A stretch of 64,000 nt of DNA from Candidatus Terraquivivens ruidianensis (lineage in GTDB: Archaea; Thermoproteota; Nitrososphaeria_A; Caldarchaeales; Wolframiiraptoraceae), in contig JALNLB010000004.1 in NCBI GenBank assembly GCA_023267885.1, positions 4,110-68,109 of the forward strand. Direction: 5' to 3'. Positions within the stretch are counted from its first letter, which is position 1. Every line of letters starts with the position of its first letter. Below are positions 57,004 through 64,000 of this stretch, in pieces. A program made the position numbers and the translations under genes. Below the pieces are notes generated by a model. It was not told the DNA's origin, did no database searches, and saw only the letters and a program-made list of their open reading frames with translations.

Positions 57004-57771
57004 TTGGACACTAATTTAAAGCTATTGATGGATTTTATCTTTGGAACGTTACCTTGGGTTACTTATGCAACATTCTTATTCGGCATCTCTTTAAAGCTAT
57101 ACACATGGTTTTCGACATCGCCACCCAGCAGGACAGTACCATCCTCCATATCCAGAACCCCAATCTCAGCAGAATCCATAAGGCTTACGATAGGACAGTT
57201 CATATACTTGTTACTGTTTCAGGGTCGTTTCATAAAACCCAAGGCTAAATCCTTTGTGCTCTGGCTCATGTCTTTTTCGGCGCATATATCACTGTTTTTA
57301 ATACTGTTTGGGCATCTAAGACCCATTGGAGTTTGGTCAGCGTCCTGGTTTGCATGGATGGCATCTGAGCAATTTTTAACGAGGGATCTACCATTCTATC
57401 TCGGCTGGGTCGTACTAGGCGGCTTTAGCCTGCTGTTAGTGAGGAGAGTGGTTGATAGGTCAGTGAGAAGTATATCCGGCTTTGACGATTACTTTTTGCT
57501 TGCTATTTTAATTACAATATTTCTCGCTGGAAACATGATGCGCGTATCGCCTTACATTCACGAGTCCTTTGCGCTCAGAATATCACCAAGCATCGTGATG
57601 CAACTTAAGGAGACACCATCGTTAATTTGGCTTGCCGTGCATGGTATTGCGGCCCAGGTCCTGATAATGTACATGCCGTTCAGCAAACTATTCCACATAA
57701 TAGCATCACCCTTCACCATTCTCGCCTACAGCATCAGACACGGCAGGCTTTACGGAGGTATGAAAACATGA
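57004..57771 (+). CDS. NarI/DsrM/HdrE-like integral membrane (putative di-heme b) subunit
   Basis: 255 aa with ~5-6 TM helices. Conserved His residues sit in helices (SFSAHISLFLILFGHLRP; WLAVHGIAAQ; PFSKLFHII). Confidence 0.65.
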   Translation: MDTNLKLLMDFIFGTLPWVTYATFLFGISLKLYTWFSTSPPSRTVPSSISRTPISAESIRLTIGQFIYLLLFQGRFIKPKAKSFVLWLMSFSAHISLFLILFGHLRPIGVWSASWFAWMASEQFLTRDLPFYLGWVVLGGFSLLLVRRVVDRSVRSISGFDDYFLLAILITIFLAGNMMRVSPYIHESFALRISPSIVMQLKETPSLIWLAVHGIAAQVLIMYMPFSKLFHIIASPFTILAYSIRHGRLYGGMKT

Positions 57772-58985
57772 AGCTGGAGACTCTAAAAGAAGTGTCACCG
57801 TTTACCATGCTGCAGCTCGAGACGTGCGCGAGGTGCGCCCACTGTGCAGAATACTGTCCAGTCTATGACGTTCTGAAGAAACCACAGGTCATGCCAGGGG
57901 GCAGAGTTTCGGTTATGCTTAAGATAATAAAGAGTGGTGTGAATCCGTGGTTCGCGCTCTATCGATCAAAGACAAATAAGTTAAATGAGATTGAGAACTA
58001 CGTCGAAAACGTTTACAACTGTGCCCTCTGTGGCAGATGTATGGCCGTATGTCCGTTCGGGATACAGACGGATATACTTTGGGAACTGTTCAGAAAGATT
58101 GTTTATAGGTTCAATAAACACCCACCCGTACTCAAGGAGGTTGATAAGTTCATACTCAGCACATACAACGCTTATGGCGTGGGAAACGATGCAAGGTCGA
58201 TGTGGGTTGATTATTTAGGTCTTGATAACGCTAAGATAAACGAACGTTCTGATGTTGTGTATTTTGTAGGATGCACATCTTCGTTTAAGGCCGTCGCGCA
58301 AGACATAGCTTATGCCACATCTCTGATCTTAAACCATGCAAGGTTAAGCTGGACACTCCTTGGCGAGGATGAGTGGTGCTGCGGTGCGCCGCTACTCATG
58401 ATAGGAGACGAGGATGGTGCTAGGAAGATGGCTGAGCATAATGTTAAGGCAATAGAGAACTTAGATGCGAAGCTGGTAGTATCGGCATGTCCAGGGTGCG
58501 CAAGGACTATTAAGCAAAAGTATCCATCATTGATAGGTAGGGCTCTAAGGTTTAACGTTATGCATGTTATGGAGTTACTTGACCTATACATCAGAAAGGA
58601 GCGCATGCCACTCAAAGGAATAGAAAAGGAATCTGCTCTTGTAACGTACCATGACCCGTGTGAGCTTGCAAGGCTCAGTGGTGTGATAGACGAGCCGAGA
58701 CACGTTATTCATGCTGTAACGTTTTCTTTTAGGGAGATGCCTGAGGGCAAGAAAGACGTGCGCTGTTGTGGGGGAGGGGGCATCCTCCAAGCGGTGAACG
58801 ACGAGTTAAGGTTAAGCATAGCCGAAAAAAGGGTGAGACAAGCTCAGGCCCTTGAAGCCGAAATCCTCACCTCCGCATGCCCAGCCTGCAAAATAACGCT
58901 GATGGATGGGTTAAAAAAGATCGGCGTAAAGATGCAGGTTCTAGATGTGACAGAATTATTTGCCAGGAAACTCGGCTTAATGTAG
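57768..58985 (+). CDS. HdrD/DsrK-like iron-sulfur protein (2x 4Fe-4S ferredoxin motifs + 2 CCG domains), copy 1
   Basis: CARCAHCAEYCP, CALCGRCMAVCP, VYFVGC..WCCGAP, CPGC, HDPCE, RCCGGGG and CPAC. ATG 57768 in an ATGA overlap. I reject the ORF-track start 57627. Confidence 0.85.
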   Translation: MKLETLKEVSPFTMLQLETCARCAHCAEYCPVYDVLKKPQVMPGGRVSVMLKIIKSGVNPWFALYRSKTNKLNEIENYVENVYNCALCGRCMAVCPFGIQTDILWELFRKIVYRFNKHPPVLKEVDKFILSTYNAYGVGNDARSMWVDYLGLDNAKINERSDVVYFVGCTSSFKAVAQDIAYATSLILNHARLSWTLLGEDEWCCGAPLLMIGDEDGARKMAEHNVKAIENLDAKLVVSACPGCARTIKQKYPSLIGRALRFNVMHVMELLDLYIRKERMPLKGIEKESALVTYHDPCELARLSGVIDEPRHVIHAVTFSFREMPEGKKDVRCCGGGGILQAVNDELRLSIAEKRVRQAQALEAEILTSACPACKITLMDGLKKIGVKMQVLDVTELFARKLGLM

Positions 58986-59002
58986 GTTTTCCGAATCTTT
59001 TA

Positions 59003-59028
59003 ACTGATATATACATGTATAAGTCAGT
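59003..59028. promoter_or_regulatory. 26-bp imperfect palindrome upstream of GcvH-like gene 1
   Basis: ACTGAtaTATACATGTATAagTCAGT has a perfect 12-bp core palindrome plus 5-bp outer arms, with 22 of 26 positions symmetric. It lies ~75-100 nt upstream of the start at 59103. Confidence 0.3.
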
Positions 59029-59102
59029 ATAACATGCTAAGTCTTTATACGACGTAGGTTATACTTCTCTATATTGTTATAACATTTGAGAGGTGAAAAG
59101 AC

Positions 59103-59471
59103 TTGTCAGAGAAAAGCATGCTTCGGGAGCGGCTGTTGACATACGACCATTTCTGGGTTAAGATTGAGCACAAATCTCCGACACCATTGGTAAAGATAGG
59201 CCTGAAAGAGGCCACCACTAAGGCAGTGGGGCAGATAGAGGCCTTCAGGGCCTTGCCGAAGGGTAGATGCGTTAACAAAGGATATCCGTTTGGGTCAATA
59301 GAGCACGGAAGAAAGATACTCATACTGCGTAGCCCTATAACAGGTTCGATAGTTGAAGTAAACGAAGAGCTTATCAAAAATCCGCAGCTGATAAACGAGG
59401 ACCCTTACGGTAAAGGTTGGATAGCCATCCTGAAGCCAAGCAACGTTGAGGAATTGGATGCATTATTCTGA
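59103..59471 (+). CDS. GcvH-like (glycine cleavage H / lipoyl-domain fold) protein lacking the canonical lipoyl-lysine, copy 1
   Basis: 122 aa. HFWVKIE..VKIGLKEATTKAVGQIEAFRALPKGRCVNKGYPFGSIEHGRKILILRSPITGSIVEVNEELIKNPQLINEDPYGKGWIAILKP aligns without gaps to GcvH. E-S-V-K is replaced by E-H-G-R. Confidence 0.75.
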   Translation: MSEKSMLRERLLTYDHFWVKIEHKSPTPLVKIGLKEATTKAVGQIEAFRALPKGRCVNKGYPFGSIEHGRKILILRSPITGSIVEVNEELIKNPQLINEDPYGKGWIAILKPSNVEELDALF

Positions 59472-60351
59472 AGACAAGGCAAAGATACTTCTACGGTGGA
59501 GAATGATGGTGCCGGATGCGGTATTTTTTGCATCTACATTTTTTCTAATCGGGATGGTATCCCTAATCGTCGGAGCCTTATGGAATATTAGGATATGGTT
59601 TCTCGGAGCGGAGAGTGTTGTAGGAACGATTAAGAAGGCGCTGTTAACTGTCCTAAATCCTCGTTCCTTAGCGGCCATTATCAAGGCGTTCCTAGTCAAG
59701 GTCTTTGGTCAGCATAGACTCTACAAGTATGAAAGGCTGAGGGGGTTAGAGAAAGCATCCTTTGTTTCTTTTTACGTTTTGTTAATACTTTCGAACCACA
59801 TAGCCGCGGACATAGCAACAGGTGTTTCGAGTATTCAAGAGCTGATGGTAGAATTCTTTAGATCACCCTTCTTTCCTGGCTACATATTCTATGAGCTAGG
59901 CACTGAGCTACCATTGATTTGGGCACTCTTCCTTCTGATCGATAATCTCTCGATGGCCGTTGTGTTGCTATTTGCCGAGGGGCTTGCGATACATAGAAGG
60001 TTCATCAAAAAGAACTTCATGTTTGGTACGAAAGAAGACGCCATTGGTCTTTTCATGCCTGTGATATGGTTCCTCTTCAGGTACATGGCCGAGGCTGCAA
60101 CAATTGTGAAGTTTGGCTTTCCGGACTCGGGTAAGTTCATGTTCATAGCATATGGTATAGCCCAACTCATGGCGGGTCTAAGTCCTGCACAAATCGAGTT
60201 GCTCTACAACGTCCTCTGGTCGACCTCTGGATTCTTCCTTGGAGTCTTCGTGGGCGCCATACCCCACTCGGGCAGGCTCTGGCACGCATTCGCTGGTCCT
60301 ATTGCCATGTTGGCCAATTCTGTACCTAAAACTGTAAGGAGTGTGAAGTAA
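59446..60351 (+). CDS. NarI/DsrM-like integral membrane subunit, copy 2 (divergent)
   Basis: 301 aa, multi-TM, His residues in helices (SNHIAADIA; LAIHRRF; GAIPHSGRLWHAFAGP). The start is uncertain: the in-frame ATGs at 59458 or 59503/59506 would reduce or remove the overlap with the GcvH-like gene. Confidence 0.6.
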   Translation: MRNWMHYSEDKAKILLRWRMMVPDAVFFASTFFLIGMVSLIVGALWNIRIWFLGAESVVGTIKKALLTVLNPRSLAAIIKAFLVKVFGQHRLYKYERLRGLEKASFVSFYVLLILSNHIAADIATGVSSIQELMVEFFRSPFFPGYIFYELGTELPLIWALFLLIDNLSMAVVLLFAEGLAIHRRFIKKNFMFGTKEDAIGLFMPVIWFLFRYMAEAATIVKFGFPDSGKFMFIAYGIAQLMAGLSPAQIELLYNVLWSTSGFFLGVFVGAIPHSGRLWHAFAGPIAMLANSVPKTVRSVK

Positions 60352-60354
60352 GGT

Positions 60355-61590
60355 ATGGCAAAAGTAAGAAGCTTACCGTTAAGCGTTAAGCAGATGATAG
60401 AGCTTGACGGTTGTGTCAGGTGCGAGATATGTAGGGAGGAGTGCTCGCTGTACAGGCTCCTGAACTCTAATCCGCATCCCTTGGGTTTCCCCACCAGCTG
60501 CGGCGGGATAATCAGACGATTTAGGCCTCTGGTTCGTAAAGACCATAGTTTGAAGGCAAAACTTTTTGGACTAAGGTCTCCGTCGGATGAAGAGGTGTGG
60601 GAGCTTGCCGATGCTCTCTTCTTGAACTGCTCGCTGTGTGGCAGGTGTAGCGCATTCTGCCCAATCGGTATAGAGACGCCATCGCTCATAACCTCCATGA
60701 GGGAGTACTTTATGGAGATTCTTGGCAACGTTCATTGCGCTGTTGAGTTCTTGGACAACCTCCATCGCATGGTTAACGAGACAAAGAACGTTTTTGGTGT
60801 GGATAACTCCGCAAGAACCAACTGGTCACTATACACAGGAGTAGATGTTAACGTTAAAGACAGTGCCAACGTAGTGTATTTTGTCGGTTGCATCTCGTCT
60901 TATCAAGGTAGGGCGCAGGACATATCTGCGGCCATAACCTCGATATTAAATTACGTAGGCGAGGATTGGACGCTTTTGAAGGATGAGGCTTGCTGTGGTC
61001 ATCCGCTCACGGTGAGTGGCGGGATTAGGAAGGCTGTAAATTTAGTAAGACACAATTTAGAGCAGTTAGCATCCATTGGTGCTAAGACCGTTGTGACGGG
61101 CTGTCCAGGCTGTTACCTTGCCATAAAGCATGAATGGCCAAAGTTGCTGGGTCGTGAGTTCGACTTTGAGGTGCTCCACTTCACTGAGCTACTCAACAGA
61201 TACATAACTAATGGCAAATTAAAGATACCAATCCTAGAGGCTAGAGTTACGTACCACGACCCCTGTGAGCTGGGTAGGCTCGGAGGCATTATCGAAGAAC
61301 CTAGGAAGGTTATCAAGCGAGTAACCCGAGAGTTCATTGAACCATACGGTCATGGTATGGAGGGTATATGCTGCGGCTCTGGTGGTATGCTAAAAGCGTT
61401 GAACCCAGAGCTTTCGGGACAGCTTGCTATTCAAAGGTTGAAGATGTTGAAGGTCACTGAGCCTGAATACATACTTTCAGCATGCCCGACATGTGTACAA
61501 GCCTTTGCCTCCGTTGCGCCAAAAATTGACGGAAAGCTTAAAGTGTTAGACCTAAGTCAGTTGATTGCCCAGCAGAACAATCTGTTATAA
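60355..61590 (+). CDS. HdrD/DsrK-like iron-sulfur CCG protein, copy 2
   Basis: 411 aa. CVRCEICREECS, CSLCGRCSAFCP, VYFVGC..ACCGHP, CPGC, HDPCE, ICCGSGG and CPTC. Clearly paralogous to 57768-58985. Confidence 0.85.
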   Translation: MAKVRSLPLSVKQMIELDGCVRCEICREECSLYRLLNSNPHPLGFPTSCGGIIRRFRPLVRKDHSLKAKLFGLRSPSDEEVWELADALFLNCSLCGRCSAFCPIGIETPSLITSMREYFMEILGNVHCAVEFLDNLHRMVNETKNVFGVDNSARTNWSLYTGVDVNVKDSANVVYFVGCISSYQGRAQDISAAITSILNYVGEDWTLLKDEACCGHPLTVSGGIRKAVNLVRHNLEQLASIGAKTVVTGCPGCYLAIKHEWPKLLGREFDFEVLHFTELLNRYITNGKLKIPILEARVTYHDPCELGRLGGIIEEPRKVIKRVTREFIEPYGHGMEGICCGSGGMLKALNPELSGQLAIQRLKMLKVTEPEYILSACPTCVQAFASVAPKIDGKLKVLDLSQLIAQQNNLL

Positions 61591-61592
61591 AT

Positions 61593-62690
61593 TTAACTTT
61601 CGTCCGAGTTCTTAGTCGGGCACTCAATAGTAACGAATTTTCCAGATTCCTCTAGAGACCTGTTTATCGCCACCTCTGCAATCTGACGATAACATAAACC
61701 AATTTCCTTAAGAGCGTGTATTATTCGGAAGAGGTAGTGCCTGAATGATTTACTATTGCCGGCCAATTTTTCACTACTCTCTATTTTCTCCCCAACTAAA
61801 CTGTTAATTTGAGCTATTGCCCTATTTGCCAGCAAAAGGTCCCTTGATAGAAGAGAATCTATTGCATTTTGAGATATGTGCTTTAGTGTTGCATAAAAAT
61901 CCGCGCACCAATCTATGATACGTTTCTCAATCCCGCACCCACTTGTGAATATTTCATATGTCGAAAGCGCAATTGATTCACTCAAGTTGACAGCCCTCTT
62001 AAGCAAAACTAACACCAGTCTATTACCGAGCAACCATAGAGTTGACTTTATCCCGAGGGCCTCCCGTACACTTGGGTCGCTGACTGCTCTTATAAGCTGC
62101 CTTACCGTTAACCAGTAAAGTCTATCACATTCTTCACCTATACTCATAATACGCTTAATCATGTCTTGGTTACCACTTGACAACATACTTACAGCGCTCT
62201 CAAGCATATCCACTACAAGGCTATGAAACCTCCTGATAGAGCTGTCCATGGAAGGCCTTACGGGATTTGAGAGATTCTGAATAATTATGATGTTTTCAGA
62301 GCTGTCTACGATGTGGACTCCAATGAGCTTCCTTGTCACTGCACTAACTTCCTCAATCTGTCTCTGCGTGAACGGTCTTCTGGATTGTAGCCAAATCGTG
62401 TCGTGACCAGCTACGTAAGCCCCTATCAAAGCCCTAGTGATAGAATGAGGCTCTACACATGCGTCCACATTTATTATACAGACCGGTGGTCCAACTCCGC
62501 CTTCTCGCTCAACTTTGCTTAATTCTAACGAATCACCTGTCTGTCTTACGACCAAGTAATCGTTCTCCTTTATACCAACAGAATCAGCCCAAGCTTTTGG
62601 TAGTGTAACACATAACGCTGACCGGCCAAGCTTCATTACCTTTCTTAAAGTGCGGCCATACCCATACAAACGGCTACTTTTTATGCTCAA
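61593..62690 (-). CDS. AbrB/SpoVT-domain + PhoU-domain regulator
   Basis: 365 aa. N-terminus VMKLGRSALCVTLPKAWADSVGIKENDYLVV (swapped-hairpin AbrB), followed by long helical PhoU-like repeats. Confidence 0.75.
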   Translation of the reverse strand: MSIKSSRLYGYGRTLRKVMKLGRSALCVTLPKAWADSVGIKENDYLVVRQTGDSLELSKVEREGGVGPPVCIINVDACVEPHSITRALIGAYVAGHDTIWLQSRRPFTQRQIEEVSAVTRKLIGVHIVDSSENIIIIQNLSNPVRPSMDSSIRRFHSLVVDMLESAVSMLSSGNQDMIKRIMSIGEECDRLYWLTVRQLIRAVSDPSVREALGIKSTLWLLGNRLVLVLLKRAVNLSESIALSTYEIFTSGCGIEKRIIDWCADFYATLKHISQNAIDSLLSRDLLLANRAIAQINSLVGEKIESSEKLAGNSKSFRHYLFRIIHALKEIGLCYRQIAEVAINRSLEESGKFVTIECPTKNSDES

Positions 62691-62818
62691 TTCTATGTAA
62701 AAACGCTACGTCTGGTATTTATGTGTAACGTATACGTAACATTTGTCTGACATATGAAACAATACGTCATGAATAATATCGCGCTGTAATTAAGTGCATT
62801 TGGAGGTGGTCTAAGAAA

Positions 62819-63220
62819 ATGGCAATAACCATTTCTGCGCTCGTAGGGAAGTTGTTCATCTCGAAGGCTAGTCATGGAATGTGGGCGAGGTTTGAGCAAG
62901 CAGGCGATGGTTCTGAAATACTTGTACGTGTTGGTCTTGTGAGGGATGTTGTGGAGTCTGTGGGCACGATAGAGTTCGTTAGGGTCCTTCCGAAAGGGCG
63001 TCTAATTACTAGGGGGCATCCTTTCGGCTCCGTAGAACACGGTATGCGTGTGGTGCTCCTAAGAAGTCCAGTATCCGGCTGGATAGTTGAGGTCAACGAG
63101 GCGCTGAGGGGGAGGCCTGAGCTCATAAACGAGGACCCGTATGGTGAAGGTTGGGTCGCCGTGCTTAGGCCAATTAACTATGAAGAAGACGCAGGGTATT
63201 TTAGTGAATTAACAAAATAG
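62819..63220 (+). CDS. GcvH-like protein lacking any lysine at the lipoylation site, copy 2
   Basis: 133 aa. HGMWARFE..VRVGLVRDVVESVGTIEFVRVLPKGRLITRGHPFGSVEHGMRVVLLRSPVSGWIVEVNEALRGRPELINEDPYGEGWVAVLRP. GGAGGTG SD upstream. Confidence 0.75.
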   Translation: MAITISALVGKLFISKASHGMWARFEQAGDGSEILVRVGLVRDVVESVGTIEFVRVLPKGRLITRGHPFGSVEHGMRVVLLRSPVSGWIVEVNEALRGRPELINEDPYGEGWVAVLRPINYEEDAGYFSELTK

Positions 63221-63222
63221 GT

Positions 63223-64000
63223 ATGGTGGCCATAATGGCCACATCTAACAATTTTTTAAGAGAACTTGTTAACAAGCTGGGACAAGAGTGCGTTTCCGTA
63301 GATTCGCTCGAAAAGCTCGTTTATGCCCACGACTTAGCGGCTTTACCCAAGTCTGTAAAGTTACTCTTTAACACGACCCCTGACGCAATAGCACGACCGA
63401 GGAGCATAGAACATGTAGCAGAAATTATTAGGCTGGCGAATGAGTACAAAATCCCCGTTATAGCTCGAGGTGGTGCCACATGGGGGTTCGGGGGTACAGT
63501 GCCAGTGAGGGGTGGCATAATTTTGGATCTGACGGGGCTTAACAGGGTAGTTAATTTAGACGAAAAGAATGGGTTGCTGACCGTCGAGTGCGGGGTCGTA
63601 TGGGAAGACATTATGCGTTTTTTGCAGGAGACGAATTGGGAGCTACCAACGTACCCTTCGAGTGCGTTAAGCTCAACCGTTGGCGGTTGGGCGGCTACTG
63701 GTGGAATAGGTTATGGTTCCCTTAAGTACGGCCCATTCGTCAAGAACGTTGCCAAGGTAACCGCTGTCCTTCCAGATGGAAGGGTCGTCGTGGCTGACGA
63801 TAACAGCAACCCTAATCTATCACAGCTGTTTGGGTCCGAGGGCATCTTGTGCATATTTGCTGATTTAACTTTGAAGTTGATTCCGAAGAGCGAGGTAGAG
63901 AGGCCGTTTATGGCAAACTTTAGCAACTTTGCCAATGCCGTGATGGCAGCTCAGGAGGTTTTGAGGTTAACAAACCCACATTCTCTCGTTCTAAGGACTT
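63223..64000 (+). CDS. FAD-binding PCMH-type oxidoreductase (GlcD / D-lactate dehydrogenase-like); 3' end off window
   Basis: Absent from the ORF track because it is open at the edge. My translation from ATG 63223 reads MVAIMATSNNFLRELVNKLGQECVSVD..PDAIARPRSIEHVAEIIRLANEYKIPVIARGGATWGFGGTVPVRGGIILDLTGLNRVV..PSSALSSTVGGWAATGGIGYGSLKYG..SEGILCIF.. This is a typical FAD_binding_4 domain. It starts 2 nt after the GcvH-like stop. Confidence 0.8.
   Translation, partial: MVAIMATSNNFLRELVNKLGQECVSVDSLEKLVYAHDLAALPKSVKLLFNTTPDAIARPRSIEHVAEIIRLANEYKIPVIARGGATWGFGGTVPVRGGIILDLTGLNRVVNLDEKNGLLTVECGVVWEDIMRFLQETNWELPTYPSSALSSTVGGWAATGGIGYGSLKYGPFVKNVAKVTAVLPDGRVVVADDNSNPNLSQLFGSEGILCIFADLTLKLIPKSEVERPFMANFSNFANAVMAAQEVLRLTNPHSLVLRT

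Noticed and set aside
56978-62736. A shared TATACG hexamer in all three promoters of the membrane-Hdr/GcvH region (56978, 59046, 62731).
   Set aside because: It is a short AT-rich word at inconsistent distances from the starts (about 20, 50 and 85 nt). It is expected by chance in AT-rich spacers.
1-64000. CRISPR arrays, rRNA genes, RNase P/SRP RNA, and C/D-box sRNAs.
   Set aside because: I noticed no regularly spaced direct repeats. No non-coding gap exceeds ~230 nt, and the largest (49943-50174) is simply AT-rich promoter DNA. I saw no RUGAUGA...CUGA box pair in the intergenic gaps. A covariance-model scan (Infernal/Rfam, tRNAscan-SE) would be needed to be definitive.
47642-64000. Calling the organism a methanogen, or a sulfur oxidiser, from Hdr/Mvh, CofE and the GcvH-like proteins.
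   Set aside because: No mcr, mtr, fwd, dsr or sox genes are in the window. Hdr/Mvh and F420 occur in non-methanogenic archaea too, so the physiology cannot be inferred from this window.

Overview
This is an archaeal chromosomal segment, annotated by eye from the sequence and the ORF track only; no homology searches or computations were run. It holds about 60 densely packed protein genes and 2 tRNA genes. I saw no rRNA, CRISPR array, integrase or transposase. Gene junctions often overlap by 1-8 nt (ATGA, TTGA, GTGA, TAATG). GGAGGTG-like Shine-Dalgarno motifs and AT-rich TATA-like boxes are common.

Lineage markers:
- GatDE, a thermosome and the secE-spt5-L11-L1-P0 cluster.
- A short ERCC4+HhH2 XPF and an ESCRT-III/CdvB-like protein.
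- The F420 glutamyl ligase CofE and the archaeal FAD synthase RibL.
- Together these fit a TACK/Thermoproteota-like archaeon, but I cannot name the taxon.

Positions 1-47 kb are mostly housekeeping:
- DUF99, a sugar nucleotidyltransferase, diphthine synthase, topoisomerase IA, citramalate synthase, methylmalonyl-CoA epimerase, OTCase, HflX, NAC, and an aminotransferase.
- Two NSUN RNA methyltransferases, agmatinase, and a glycosylation-type cluster.

Positions 47-64 kb form a redox island:
- hypF, then one hdrC-hdrB-hdrA-mvhD-mvhG-mvhA-endopeptidase operon.
- Two paralogous modules, each a NarI-like membrane protein plus an HdrD/DsrK-like CCG protein.
- An AbrB-PhoU regulator and a truncated GlcD-like flavoprotein gene.
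- Two GcvH-like proteins that lack the canonical lipoyl-lysine.

Best candidates for undescribed biology:
1. The lysine-less GcvH-like proteins that head Hdr-like and GlcD-like redox modules.
2. Three tandem paralogues of an unknown small wHTH protein abutting a compact nurA-herA-ogg operon.
3. A wHTH + ATP-cone + NrdD-like protein with no glycyl-radical domain.
4. An hdrC whose first Fe-S cysteines lie upstream of any canonical start codon.
5. A ribosomal stalk protein P0 without an acidic tail and with no P1 gene after it.
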